Part shown: one piece after another, positions 26,525-38,735 of the stretch
Layout: each line of letters begins with the position of its first letter
How positions within the stretch are numbered: the first letter of the stretch is position 1
Assembly (NCBI GenBank): GCA_964016885.1
Contig: OZ024741.1
Span: forward strand, 44,888,001-44,952,000
Reading direction: 5' to 3'
DNA: 64,000 bases
Origin: Eledone cirrhosa
Lineage: Eukaryota
Translations under genes and position numbers: made by a program
Notes under the pieces: generated by a model
What the model was told of the DNA's origin: nothing
What the model saw: the letters and a program-made list of their open reading frames with translations, nothing else
Databases searched by the model: none

Positions 26525-27596
26525 CTGGGAAAAATGGTAAATAATGACACAAATGGGACCTGCCCCTTGTATAGGAGCAAATTTTGGAATAGAATAGAAA
26601 GAAGGCCAATAGAATAAACTCATGGTATGATAGCAATAAATACCAGAGTGTAATGTTCATCGATACAACCCCTAGAGGTGAATTAGCTTACAAATTTAGA
26701 AGGGCCCGAGATAAACATAAACTCAATATTAAGATAGTAGAAAGACCAGGTACCTCCGTAAAAACACTTATTAGCAAGACATACCCTTTTGAAAGACCCC
26801 CCTGTATAGATAAGAAATGTATAACCTGTAAATTAAGCCCCCATATTAACTGTAAAACTAGAAATGTAGTATATAGCATAAGATGTACTGAAGGACAATG
26901 TAGAGACAAAAATATAGTGTACATAGGTGAGACAGCTCGTAGTGTAGGGGAACGGATAAATGAACACTGGCGAGACCTTCAAGATAGTAAAGAATCATCT
27001 GTACTCTACCAACATGCTAAAATAGAACATAAGGGTAAATTAGAGAACATAGAAATAAAAATAGAATCTACGCACAGAAAAGACGCAATGTTTAGACAAA
27101 TCACAGAGGCAATAAACATAAAAGAATTACAACCAAAATTAAATAGAAAACATGAGTGGAACAGCAACATCACAACCTAAAATTAAGGACAAAATGAAAA
27201 CACACACGCACATAGAACAAACAACCAACCTGTAACATGTAAATAAACAAATAAATAAACGAATATAAACACACACAGACACCCGGATGTGGCGTATGCG
27301 CAGACTGAGCACACAACACACACACAGAAACAAAATGGCGTAGGACAGAACAAAGGAGAGGCACAAGAGCAAAGAAAAGGGTCCCTGGTCATGGGGAGGT
27401 CACAGAGTGTGTGACGGAAGGGCTTTGACGGTGTATGAACAACCATCTGGTTGTGGAGCCAGCCAGCCAACCGGAAATTTATAAATTCCTAAATTTATAA
27501 ATTTATTATAATAGATTGAAGTGAAAGCAACTGGTGCGTGTGTTTCTTATTGGCAACATGACCCTCCCAAAGTATAGCAATATCGGTTTCAACAGA
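26525..27596 (+). mobile_element. 5'-truncated Penelope-like element (RT C-terminus, GIY-YIG, 3' repeat)
   Basis: GIY-YIG ORF followed by a non-coding 3' region shared with 28949-29645. Ends at (TA)n. Confidence 0.85.
26653..27180 (+). CDS. PLE GIY-YIG endonuclease fragment with Cys-rich linker (probably non-functional)
   Basis: PCIDKKCITC..CKTRNVVYSIRC..YIGETARSVGERINEH..RQITEAINI. Confidence 0.8.
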   Translation: MFIDTTPRGELAYKFRRARDKHKLNIKIVERPGTSVKTLISKTYPFERPPCIDKKCITCKLSPHINCKTRNVVYSIRCTEGQCRDKNIVYIGETARSVGERINEHWRDLQDSKESSVLYQHAKIEHKGKLENIEIKIESTHRKDAMFRQITEAINIKELQPKLNRKHEWNSNITT

Positions 27597-27917
27597 TATA
27601 TATATACACACACAAATATATACAATTATACAATTATACACATATACAATTATGTAGATATACTCACATACATTCATATATACACACATACATGCGTATA
27701 TACATACATACTTATATATATATATATATATATATACATACTCACATATATTCATATATACTTATATATATATATATACTTATATATACATACTTATATA
27801 TATATACACACTCACATATATTCATATATACTTACATAAATATATGCATACATACATATATATATATATATATATACGTGTGTATGTGTGTGTGTGTGTA
27901 CGTGTGTGCGTGTGTGC

Positions 27918-28111
<194 letters not shown>

Positions 28112-28503
28112 AACAATATGTAGTTTTAAATACCTCTTCAAATATTTTGAAATTATTTTTGTTTATTTTAAATTAGATTTTAATAAACTGAAGAACTTAC
28201 CCTAAAGCAATATACAATTTTAATTTGCTCCAAACTTGAGAAACCAAACTGAATGATAAAATTCATTTAGGAACATAAGCAGAATGATTACATGTCTATA
28301 TACATTGATAGGTATAAACACAGATGCATACATTCAGACAGGTATTTATACATACATGTATAAATGCTTAAATGCAAACATACATCCCACCATCCATACA
28401 TACGTATATGCATACATATATACATACATAAATAGTTATCTACATTTACAAAACAACCGTCGCTGTCTGTTGCCCTCTGTATGCAGTTGATGTATATACT
28501 TAG

Positions 28504-28575
<72 letters not shown>

Positions 28576-28741
28576 ATATTGTTATACTTTGGGAGGGTCA
28601 AGTTGCCAATAAGAAACACACGCACCAGATGCTTTCACTTCAATTTATTATATATTTATAAATTTATAAATTTACAAATCTACAAACTTATAAATTTCTG
28701 GTTGGTTGGTTGGTTCCACATCCAGATAGTTGTTTATATAT

Positions 28742-28786
28742 AGTCATAGTCCTTTCGTCACACACTATGTGACCTCTTCAGTGACT
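28742..28786 (-). ncRNA. Minimal type I hammerhead motif (mirror of 29377-29421)
   Basis: Reverse complement reads agtca-CTGAAGA-g-gtcac..gtgac-GAAA-ggac-TA-tgact. Confidence 0.7.
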
Positions 28787-29376
28787 GGGGATTCCTTTCT
28801 TTGTTTCTGTGCCTTTCCTTTCTTCTGTCCTACGCCATTTTGTTTCTGTGTGTGTGTTGTGTGCTCAGTTTGCGCATGCGCCACATCCGGGTGTCTGTGT
28901 GTGTTTGTGTTCATTTATCTATTTGTTTATTTATTTATTTATTTATTGTTGGCGAGACCTTCAAGATAATAAAGAATCATCTGTGCTCTACCAACATGCT
29001 AAGATAGAACACAGGGGTAAATTAGAGAACATAGAAATAAAAATAGAATCCACACACAGAAAAGATGGAATGTTTAGGCAAATTACAGAGGCAGTAAGCA
29101 TAAAAGAATTACAACCAAAATTAAATAGAAAATATGAGTGGAACAGCAACATCACAACTTACAATTAAGGATAAAATGAAAACACACACACACATAGAAC
29201 AAACAACCAATCAACAATAAATAAATAAATAAATAAACAAATAGATAAATGAACACAAACACACACAGACACCCGGATGTGGCGCATGCGCAAACTGAGC
29301 ACACAACACACACACAGAAACAAAATGGCGTAGGACAGAAGAAAGGAAAGGCACAGAAACAAAGAACGGAATCCCC

Positions 29377-29421
29377 AGTCACTGAAGAGGTCACAGAGTG
29401 TGTGACGAAAGGACTATGACT
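29377..29421 (+). ncRNA. Minimal type I hammerhead motif in PLE 3' repeat
   Basis: agtca-CTGAAGA-g-gtcac-agagtgt-gtgac-GAAA-ggac-TA-tgact. Stem I agtca/tgact. Confidence 0.72.
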
Positions 29422-29641
29422 ATATATAAACAACTATCTGGTTGTGGAACCAACCAACCAACCAGAAATTTATAAGTTTGTAGATTTGTAAATTTATAAA
29501 TTTATAAATATATAATAAATTGAAGTGAATGCAACTGGTGCGTGTGTTTCTTATTGGCAACATGACCCTCCCAAAGTATAACGATATCGGTTTCAACACA
29601 CGATTTCAGATAAAGAATCTTGCTAAACAAATTCAGAAACG

Positions 29642-30537
<896 letters not shown>

Positions 30538-31906
30538 ATGATATATATATATATGATATGCATGCAGCCTCCATCTGTAAACACTTTTTATCACCTCTGC
30601 AGTTTTTATATGATTATATTTAGATTTTGGTAAATTTTAGAAACATTTTCTTGCATATATGACACATGAAGTATTAAACAAAATTTTAGTTTCGACGCAA
30701 ACACATTGAAAAAAGAAAAAATATATAACATAAAATCCAAATTTTTTCTTGTGATATGACAATACTATTGAACGTTCACAATATACAAAGAAACAGGTTT
30801 AGTTATTCATTTCATTGCTTCGTGAAATCGTTGAGCATCTATTTTTCATGTTGTCTTCTGCAAGCATTAAACGAAAAGCCGAAAGCCATCTATGATGATA
30901 ATTTCAAAAGAGATCTCTGAAATATATTTGATTGAACAGATAATTGATGATTTTGGCATTGATAATTTTTTTTTTAAGTAAAAAGAAATATAATTATTTA
31001 ATCATAACAGGCAAAACAAAAATTACATATAATGTTTATTTCATAGATAAGATAAAAGAGTGTTGAATATTTAATATAATTTTAAATTAATAATATACCT
31101 CAAAGGAAATCGTCTTATGTTTAAAACTAATCGTTTTATCTTGTATGTGTCCTTTGACAAAATTCTATATAATTCTTGTGAGAAAAACACTTAATATATC
31201 ATTTAAAGAATAAGATATTTCCACTAAAATTATTCGTATTATATTATATTCTAAACGATGTTATACTATTCATAGAATATTTCGATGATAATTATTTTTG
31301 AAATGAATTTCAATTTTCATTTATTTGTATTTTTATACAGAGAATATATCTACATTATAAATATAGTATTCTGGCTGAGATCAGAACGGCAGAAAATTGT
31401 ACAAAGCCTTTCTCTTAGAATATAATATTACATACACAACGAAGCACAAAACATCAAGAGATAAAAGATACTAAATAAATTGGGGAAACACATTTATAAG
31501 AAATTTAGTGATGCCTTTCTTTACATTCTATTCATATTCATTTACATATACGCACATACACACTCACAAAGTCCATCAGAGAGTTACACATGCAAATACA
31601 TAGATATATATATCATCATATGCAAATGAGCATCGGCAGCGAAAAATCATATAGACATCTCGCCTATACTTGTCTGAATACCGTGATCTCCCCTATACTT
31701 GTCTGAATACAGGTGCTGGCTAAAAATCTAGAAACACGTGTCCGGCATTCACCTGCTACTAAGTTTACCATGACATGATCACTGCTTAAAAGATTAATGG
31801 CGTGAGTTTGGGTATTTATTGTACATAAATATATCGCATATGCCTTCGTCCATAACACTATTATGAACCATATTATGTTAGAATTATGGATATTATGTAT
31901 TATATA

Positions 31907-31978
<72 letters not shown>

Positions 31979-32067
31979 ATATATATGTATATATATACAT
32001 ATATACCGTTAAGGTTATCTTTTTTTCAGGGTATGTCAATATTTATTTATAAAACAAATCTGTATTG

Positions 32068-32133
32068 TATTTTATCTGATGAAAGCGCACCATAATTTGC
32101 CTTGGTGGCCCTTGAAATATGTATAATAAAATA
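32068..32133 (+). ncRNA. Type I hammerhead motif in short TA-flanked element (relative at 37473)
   Basis: tattttat-CTGATGA-aag..ctt-GAAA-tatgta-TA-ataaaata. 8-bp stem I, followed by AATAAA. Confidence 0.65.
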
Positions 32134-32559
32134 AATATGGTTTTATAAATTTATTTTCCATTTGTTAATATATTGTATATATATACATACATACATATAT
32201 ATTTTAATAAATATTTGCTCTACGGTTCTTATATATTTGATATATATATATCCTTATCGAGCCCTCATTGGATTTTAGTCTTCACATTTATTATTATTAC
32301 TATATATATATATATATATATATAGTGGGCGCGTGGTAGGTGTATATTTGAGTCTGCGTGCATGTGAAGGCGTGCCTTCTGTATTACTGCGTAACTTTAA
32401 TGATCTTATTCGTGTATCATTGTCTTTGAGAGTTTCTGTTACGCACGGTCAGCTTTTATCACCTCTTCACTTTTCTTCCTGGCTCTACCCACTGCAAGGC
32501 TTCCATCAATTTTGATCACCTGGCACCTTTTTATACAGCAAATAATTCTCCTCTCCGGT

Positions 32560-33545
32560 ATACCTCAACTGATCTCTCTCAAACCTAATTAGTGTCTTAG
32601 ATTATTTACATTTTGGCGTTCATGTATATTACTATTGCATCTCAATCGGAGCATGCACCCTTTACTTCGTCCCAGACTTTGTAGGCCCTCTGCACACAAT
32701 GCCCATGTCTCACTATCATTTAACATCGTTGTTCATATATATATATATACATCATACAATCTGCCCTTCATTTTAATGGAAACAAACCTCTTGTAGCTAG
32801 TATCTGTAGTAGCTCTCTGAACTTTCTCCATCCCCATTCTTACTCTGGATACTGTAATTTCGTAACAGTCTTCTCCACTGCTGATTTCATTATCCAGGAA
32901 ATGGAAAATGTCAACTATTTCTATAGTACAGTCTGGGCATTTGAAGGAGTATGTGTTCCATGGGCAGTTTCTAAAGCCTACGTTCTTTGCTAGCCTACCG
33001 GTGATAACACTACATCTTTTATATACCCCAAATTCGCATTTGGAACAGAGGATGGAATTTCTACCTAATCCTTTCATGAACACAGAGCAACGCCATTCCC
33101 TTCAGGGGATCTGTACCTTGGTTTTTATCCTATATGCTAGGACTTTAGTCTTTGACAAGTTAACTTTAAGACCTTTTGATTACGTCCTGGTTTGGAATGT
33201 ATTTACTAATTCTGCCATAGATTCAGTTACGAGAGTTAGATCATCTGCATACAAAGGTTCCCAGCGGCAGCCAGTCTTAAATTCTCCTGTTATGGCGTGA
33301 AGGGCAATAATAAACAAGAGAGGGCTAAAGACGGAGCCCTGATGAACACATACCTATACGCTAAATACTTCACTAAAGTCATTGTTAATTCTAAACTTGC
33401 TGACGGTTGCTCTATACATGGCTTGTACAGCTTTCACAAGCCACTCATCTACTCCTATTTTTCTAAGAGCCCACCAGCTAATGGTACGTGGTCTCTGCAA
33501 AGGCTTTCTGCAAATCAACAAAGGCTAAGAAGACGTGTTCCTTTT
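32560..33545 (-). pseudogene. RTE-like LINE RT relic
   Basis: Minus-strand fragments: FVDLQKAF-like, VHQGSVFSPLLFI, LYADDL, Cys-rich GRNSILCSKC..YKRCS, KGRLY. Confidence 0.65.
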
Positions 33546-33707
33546 AGCTACGTACTTCGCCTGTATAATGAAATAAATATGGTTTTATAAAGATATTTTC
33601 CATTTATTAACATTATTGATAATAATGATACTCCGGATAAATCCGTTGAGAACTTCTAATATATTGTAAATTAGCTGTTGAATAATCAAGAAACCAAATA
33701 ACTCATT

Positions 33708-33775
<68 letters not shown>

Positions 33776-34139
33776 ACATACATACATACATAGATAATAC
33801 ATACATTCTGCATATATGCATATATTCATGCATACATTCATACATACATATATACATATACACATCCATACATATTTGCCTACATACCTTTATACATACG
33901 TACATACATACAAGCATACATAAAACATACGATTATCCATATAGGTAAATGTGTATAAGTGTTATATATATCCATGTACATGCACGTATGTGTAATTGTC
34001 AAGGAAGTTAAATATGAGGATCTGTACAAATGTACTTTTATCTCTATGAATTCCAAATTTAATAGGTTGTTTTGTTTATATGTTAATATTCAATGTTTAT
34101 GCAACTAAGATTTCATTAGGCTTGATTTGCATTAATGAA

Positions 34140-34195
<56 letters not shown>

Positions 34196-34199
<4 letters not shown>

Positions 34200-34389
34200 C
34201 GAGTAGGACCCCGACGGCTGAGCTCAAGCCGTTTCGAGGGCTAATTCTGGTCCGGAATTAGCCATCGAAACGCCTTGAGCTCAGCCGTCGGGGTCCTACT
34301 CGTTCCTATTACCCACTCTACTACCCTAAGTATTGAGTACTTTATTGCGTTATGGTCCACCTGGTTCCTTAGCACATTTCCTTCGTTAT
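34196..34389 (+). mobile_element. Short hairpin element, copy 3 of 3
   Basis: Near-perfect palindrome 34197-34305 plus the shared tail, inside (TA)n. Confidence 0.8.
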
Positions 34390-34768
34390 ATATATATATA
34401 TATATATATATGTCCCAAGGCTCTATATATATATATATACATACATATGTGTGTGTGTGTAGGTTAAAAGAAAGTCCAATAGCGTATGTATGTCGATGAG
34501 AACATTTATATATATATTTGATGTATATGATGTGTGTATGTCTATATGTATGTGTATTTATACATATATGTATATAGGTATGACGTATATTTCTATATGA
34601 ATTCTATGACTACTTTTGTGTTTTTTTTAAATATTAATGTAATAGTGTACATTTAGGAATTAACATTTGTAATGTTATATATCTTATTTACACATTTATA
34701 AGTTTTAACATTCATTTTTCATTAATATGTATGCATAAGCAGATGTCGATATGTATTTATATACATAG

Positions 34769-34860
<92 letters not shown>

Positions 34861-34866
<6 letters not shown>

Positions 34867-37194
34867 ATAATATTCTCCTTAGAGCTATCAATTTCGCTAA
34901 AACACTCACATTGGTTAAGGATTTCGAAGTTGATGTCATCCTCAATGCTCGTAAGTCGGTGATTAATTTCGACGACTCTATTTGGATTAAAACATCCAAT
35001 AGTACCCCATTCGACGTGAGTATGGGCGCCAGAGATTCTGCGGAGGTTACTGATCTTATCGGCCTTTTCATTCTTTTCTCTATCAAGGATGAATTCCCCA
35101 ACGCGGGCGGTGGTTTGTAGCGTGATGATGGTCTTTTGACCATGACTAAGTGCGGACCTCGTGCTTGCGACAGGTTCAGAAAAGAACTATCAGCCTTCTT
35201 TAAAGGCTTCAACCTCTCTATACAGGTTGAGGCCAATCTCTCGGTCGTTAATTACCTCGACGTTACCCTCAATTTATCGAATGGGTTGTATTACCCGTAT
35301 AGAAAGCCGAATGATACGCTTAATTACATAAGTAAGCATTCCAACCATCCTGCCAGCATAACCAAGAACCTGGTAAGAAACGTTTCGTTGAGGCTTTCCC
35401 GTCTATCTACTAACGAGCATATTTTCAACGACCATTCCACTTATTGCAATGAAGCTCTTGCTCAGAGTGTATTTGTCGATAAGGTAGCGTATACAGAGTA
35501 CGAAAATAGACCTAGAAGAAATAGATCCCATCGCATTTGTTGGTATAACCCACCATATAATATGGAGGAGGCCACACCATTAGCTAAGATCTTTCATTCC
35601 CTTATTACGAAGCATTTTCTCCCTACACATAAATATAGTAAAATTTTTAATAGAAATACTATTAAAATTTCTTACTCTACGACTCCTAACCTTGCACATA
35701 ACATCAGCTTCAAATTTAGCTAAACTACCTAGCCGTATGAACATGTGCAACGCTGTAGTTAGTACTAACTGTAATTGTAGGAATCGGGTTGATTGCCTCC
35801 TATGCCTCTCTAGTAACATTGTCTACAAATGTAAGGTTGAAACACCCACGTCCCGTAGGGCCTACATAGGGTTAACCGCCAATAGATTCAAGCAACGTCT
35901 TTACATGCATACCCATTCTTTTCGTTACCCTTTAAGAAGGAATATGACGTCACTTTCAGCTTATATCTGGAGTCTAAAAGACAACCACACCCAATATAAG
36001 TTACACTGGGAGATCCTAACTAGGGCTAGCTCTTATAACGGAAATAAAAGATCATGTGACCTCTGCGCTGCTGAGGCCCTGGAAATACTCTACGCCACAG
36101 ACCATATCTTAAACAAAAATCTGAGGCAATTTCGGCTTGTAAACATAAATTGCACAAAACTTTCCTGTATTACATCCCCACGTTATACCCTAACGGATAG
36201 TACGATCTATACGTGGATATTTTACGTCTTGATGTGGTAGCTAAGTATATGTTTTGTTTATACCATTACTTATTTGCATAGGTAAGTATATATTACCTGT
36301 ATGTTTTGTGAAGGTACGTATACTTTCTCGTACGTATATTTGATTGTATATGTTATGGCGTATAATTTTTTATATATTCTGGTACATATGGTTTGGTTAT
36401 GTGTATACGGGAGTTTTGCGTCTGTGTGAGTATGCAGGTTCGTACGTATGTAGCGTGTGTGTATATGTGTACTTCATGTTTTGGTTGACTTACGTCTCCG
36501 AACTTTTGTGTATTTACATGTAGGTATGTGTGTGCGCTTGTCATATACGTATTTATTTATTTATTTATTTATTTCTATACACGCACACACACACACACAC
36601 ACATATTTATATGTGCGTGGTTTTGCATACCTATGGCTAGTGTTTCCACGTATGCTTGTGTATGTACGTATTTGCATGCGTGTATGTATTTATTTAATTT
36701 CTATTACCTCTGTATTGTATTTTATTTACTTTATTTTTAACTCGGAAGCTGAGATTCATTCGGTTTCCTAGTTAGAAATTTAGTCTACTACTTCAGCTAT
36801 ACCATTTACGTGGTTTTGTCTTTGCGTGCAATTGTTCTCCACGCTCCACATATGACGTATTGTCTTCGTTTTTTCCGTTCATTGCCAGAGAACGTCTTTA
36901 TGAACCACCTAAGAGAACATTAGTCTACGACTTCTTTAAACCATAAACGTGGTTCTATCTTTGCGCGTAATTGTTTTTCACCGCTCCTATTAATGACGTA
37001 TTATATTCGTTTTTCCCCGTTCTTTGCCAGGGAACGTTTCCACGAACCAAAGTATCGTTTTCCTGTCTTCCTCCGGTTGCAACGTTTTTTTAAATATCCA
37101 GTTCTGCGTTTACAGATTGACTTTGTTAGTTTCAGAAGATCCCGTTAAGGGTGAAAGCAGCGATTCTTTCCTTAAACTTTAATCTGTTATTTTA

Positions 37195-37200
<6 letters not shown>
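34861..37200 (+). mobile_element. 5'-truncated Penelope-like element (RT C-half, GIY-YIG, ~950-bp 3' region)
   Basis: [37 protein letters not shown]; SNIVYKC..AYIGLTANRFKQR..CDLC. Has stops and frameshifts; (TA)n at both ends. Confidence 0.9.
37128..37178 (+). ncRNA. Hammerhead-like motif with variant core CAGAAGA
   Basis: agttt-CAGAAGA-t-ccc-gttaa-ggg-t-GAAA-gca..tcc-TT-aaact. Copies at 61290-61340 (-) and 62145-62195 (+) have tgc in stem III. Confidence 0.55.
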
Positions 37201-37254
<54 letters not shown>

Positions 37255-37472
37255 CGGGTGTGAGTATGTGTGTTGTGCGTATCTATGTATATGTATGCCA
37301 GCGATTACGCAAGTATGTATCCATGTTACTATACACCGATACATTCACTAATACAGACACACACACACACACACATATATATATGTATATATATATGTAT
37401 ATATATATGGAAAGTTATATTTAAATTGTTGGGTTAACACGTATCTATTTATTTATAAGACTGTTTATATTG

Positions 37473-37538
37473 TATTTTGTCTGAAGAAGGCATAACATAT
37501 TGTTAATATGATATCCCTGAAATATATATAATGAAATA
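37473..37538 (+). ncRNA. Type I hammerhead motif
   Basis: tattttgt-CTGAAGA-agg..cct-GAAA-tatata-TA-atgaaata. Confidence 0.62.
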
Positions 37539-37578
37539 AATATGGTTTTATAAATATAGTTTCCATTTATTTAATATC

Positions 37579-37619
<41 letters not shown>

Positions 37620-38356
37620 GTATATATGTGTCTGTCCACATACGTACTTTTATACGGGTACACTCATATATTGATACTCATACCGAATTACGCGGATACT
37701 AAAATCAGATGCATTTATATATTAGAGAGGGTGTTTCTGTACATACACACAATTTGAAAGAAGTATTGACGTCGCCATAAAACTTGCTGTAATTATTAGT
37801 TTAATATCTAAAATAGATGACATTCATTTCAATCTCAATAATATATTTTGTCCTACGCCCCCTGGATATGACAAACGAAGTTTACAGCGATGTAACTTTG
37901 AATCTAAAATCCAATTTTATTATTTTCTCATTCTCTTGGCAATATATGCTTGCGTTGTTGTTTTTAATTTTGAGATATTTGTATTTAAAAAACATAACGT
38001 ATTCAATCGCACTATTTTGTATGTGAACACTTTCTGCATATATGTGGATTCAAAAATATGATATGGATAAATAAATGTGTTACCGTTCCGTTCATCGTCC
38101 ATGATGTTTGCTTGTAAATATTAACATTAAAGTCAGAATAATTATTTAGCATAATGAATAGTATTCGTTTAATGATGGGTTGTATCTCCATTTCTTCAAG
38201 GTATTTCTCAAGGTAATGTTTAAGTCAAATTTTAATGACCTCTAGTCCAATATCAGACTAATTATAATATAAACGTTTATTACATAAAATAAAAGAGTAT
38301 GTATGTTTCTGTTCAACATTTTCGTGAGATATTTGAAATCTTTATTCATTAACCAA

Positions 38357-38735
38357 GGGCGGTGGATTACCAAAATCGGTCGAGCGTAGGACAATAGGCT
38401 TTGTGGCTTAGAGTTTATGTCGCTTTACGTTCTGTGTTCAAATACCGCCGTGGTTAGCTTTGCCGTTAATCGTTACGGGGTCGATAGAATAAGGTACCAG
38501 TAAGCACTGCGGTCGTTTTAATTGACATACCCCTCCGCTTCAAATTGCTGATCTTGTGCCTAAAGTAAAAACAATTATTTATTAATCAATGCGGCATACA
38601 TTTTATGGCTTTTTTACGCTCTGCGTTCAAATCCCATCGAGGTTAGCTTTGCCTTCCACACTTAGTAACAGTAATACACTGGGGTCGATTTAATTGACTT
38701 TCCCCTTCTCCCAAAATTGGTGGCCTTAAAATCGT
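38357..38735 (+). mobile_element. Older tRNA-derived SINE (38357-38573) plus a truncated second copy
   Basis: Family match. TSD-like ttattcattaaccaa (38342-38356) / ttatttattaatcaa (38575-38589). Confidence 0.75.

Larger units (their letters stand above)
28578..29645 (+). mobile_element. Truncated PLE with inverted 5' arm
   Basis: 28578-28950 is the reverse complement of ~29211-29583. 28949-29168 encodes the GIY-YIG C-terminus. (TA)n on both sides. Confidence 0.85.
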
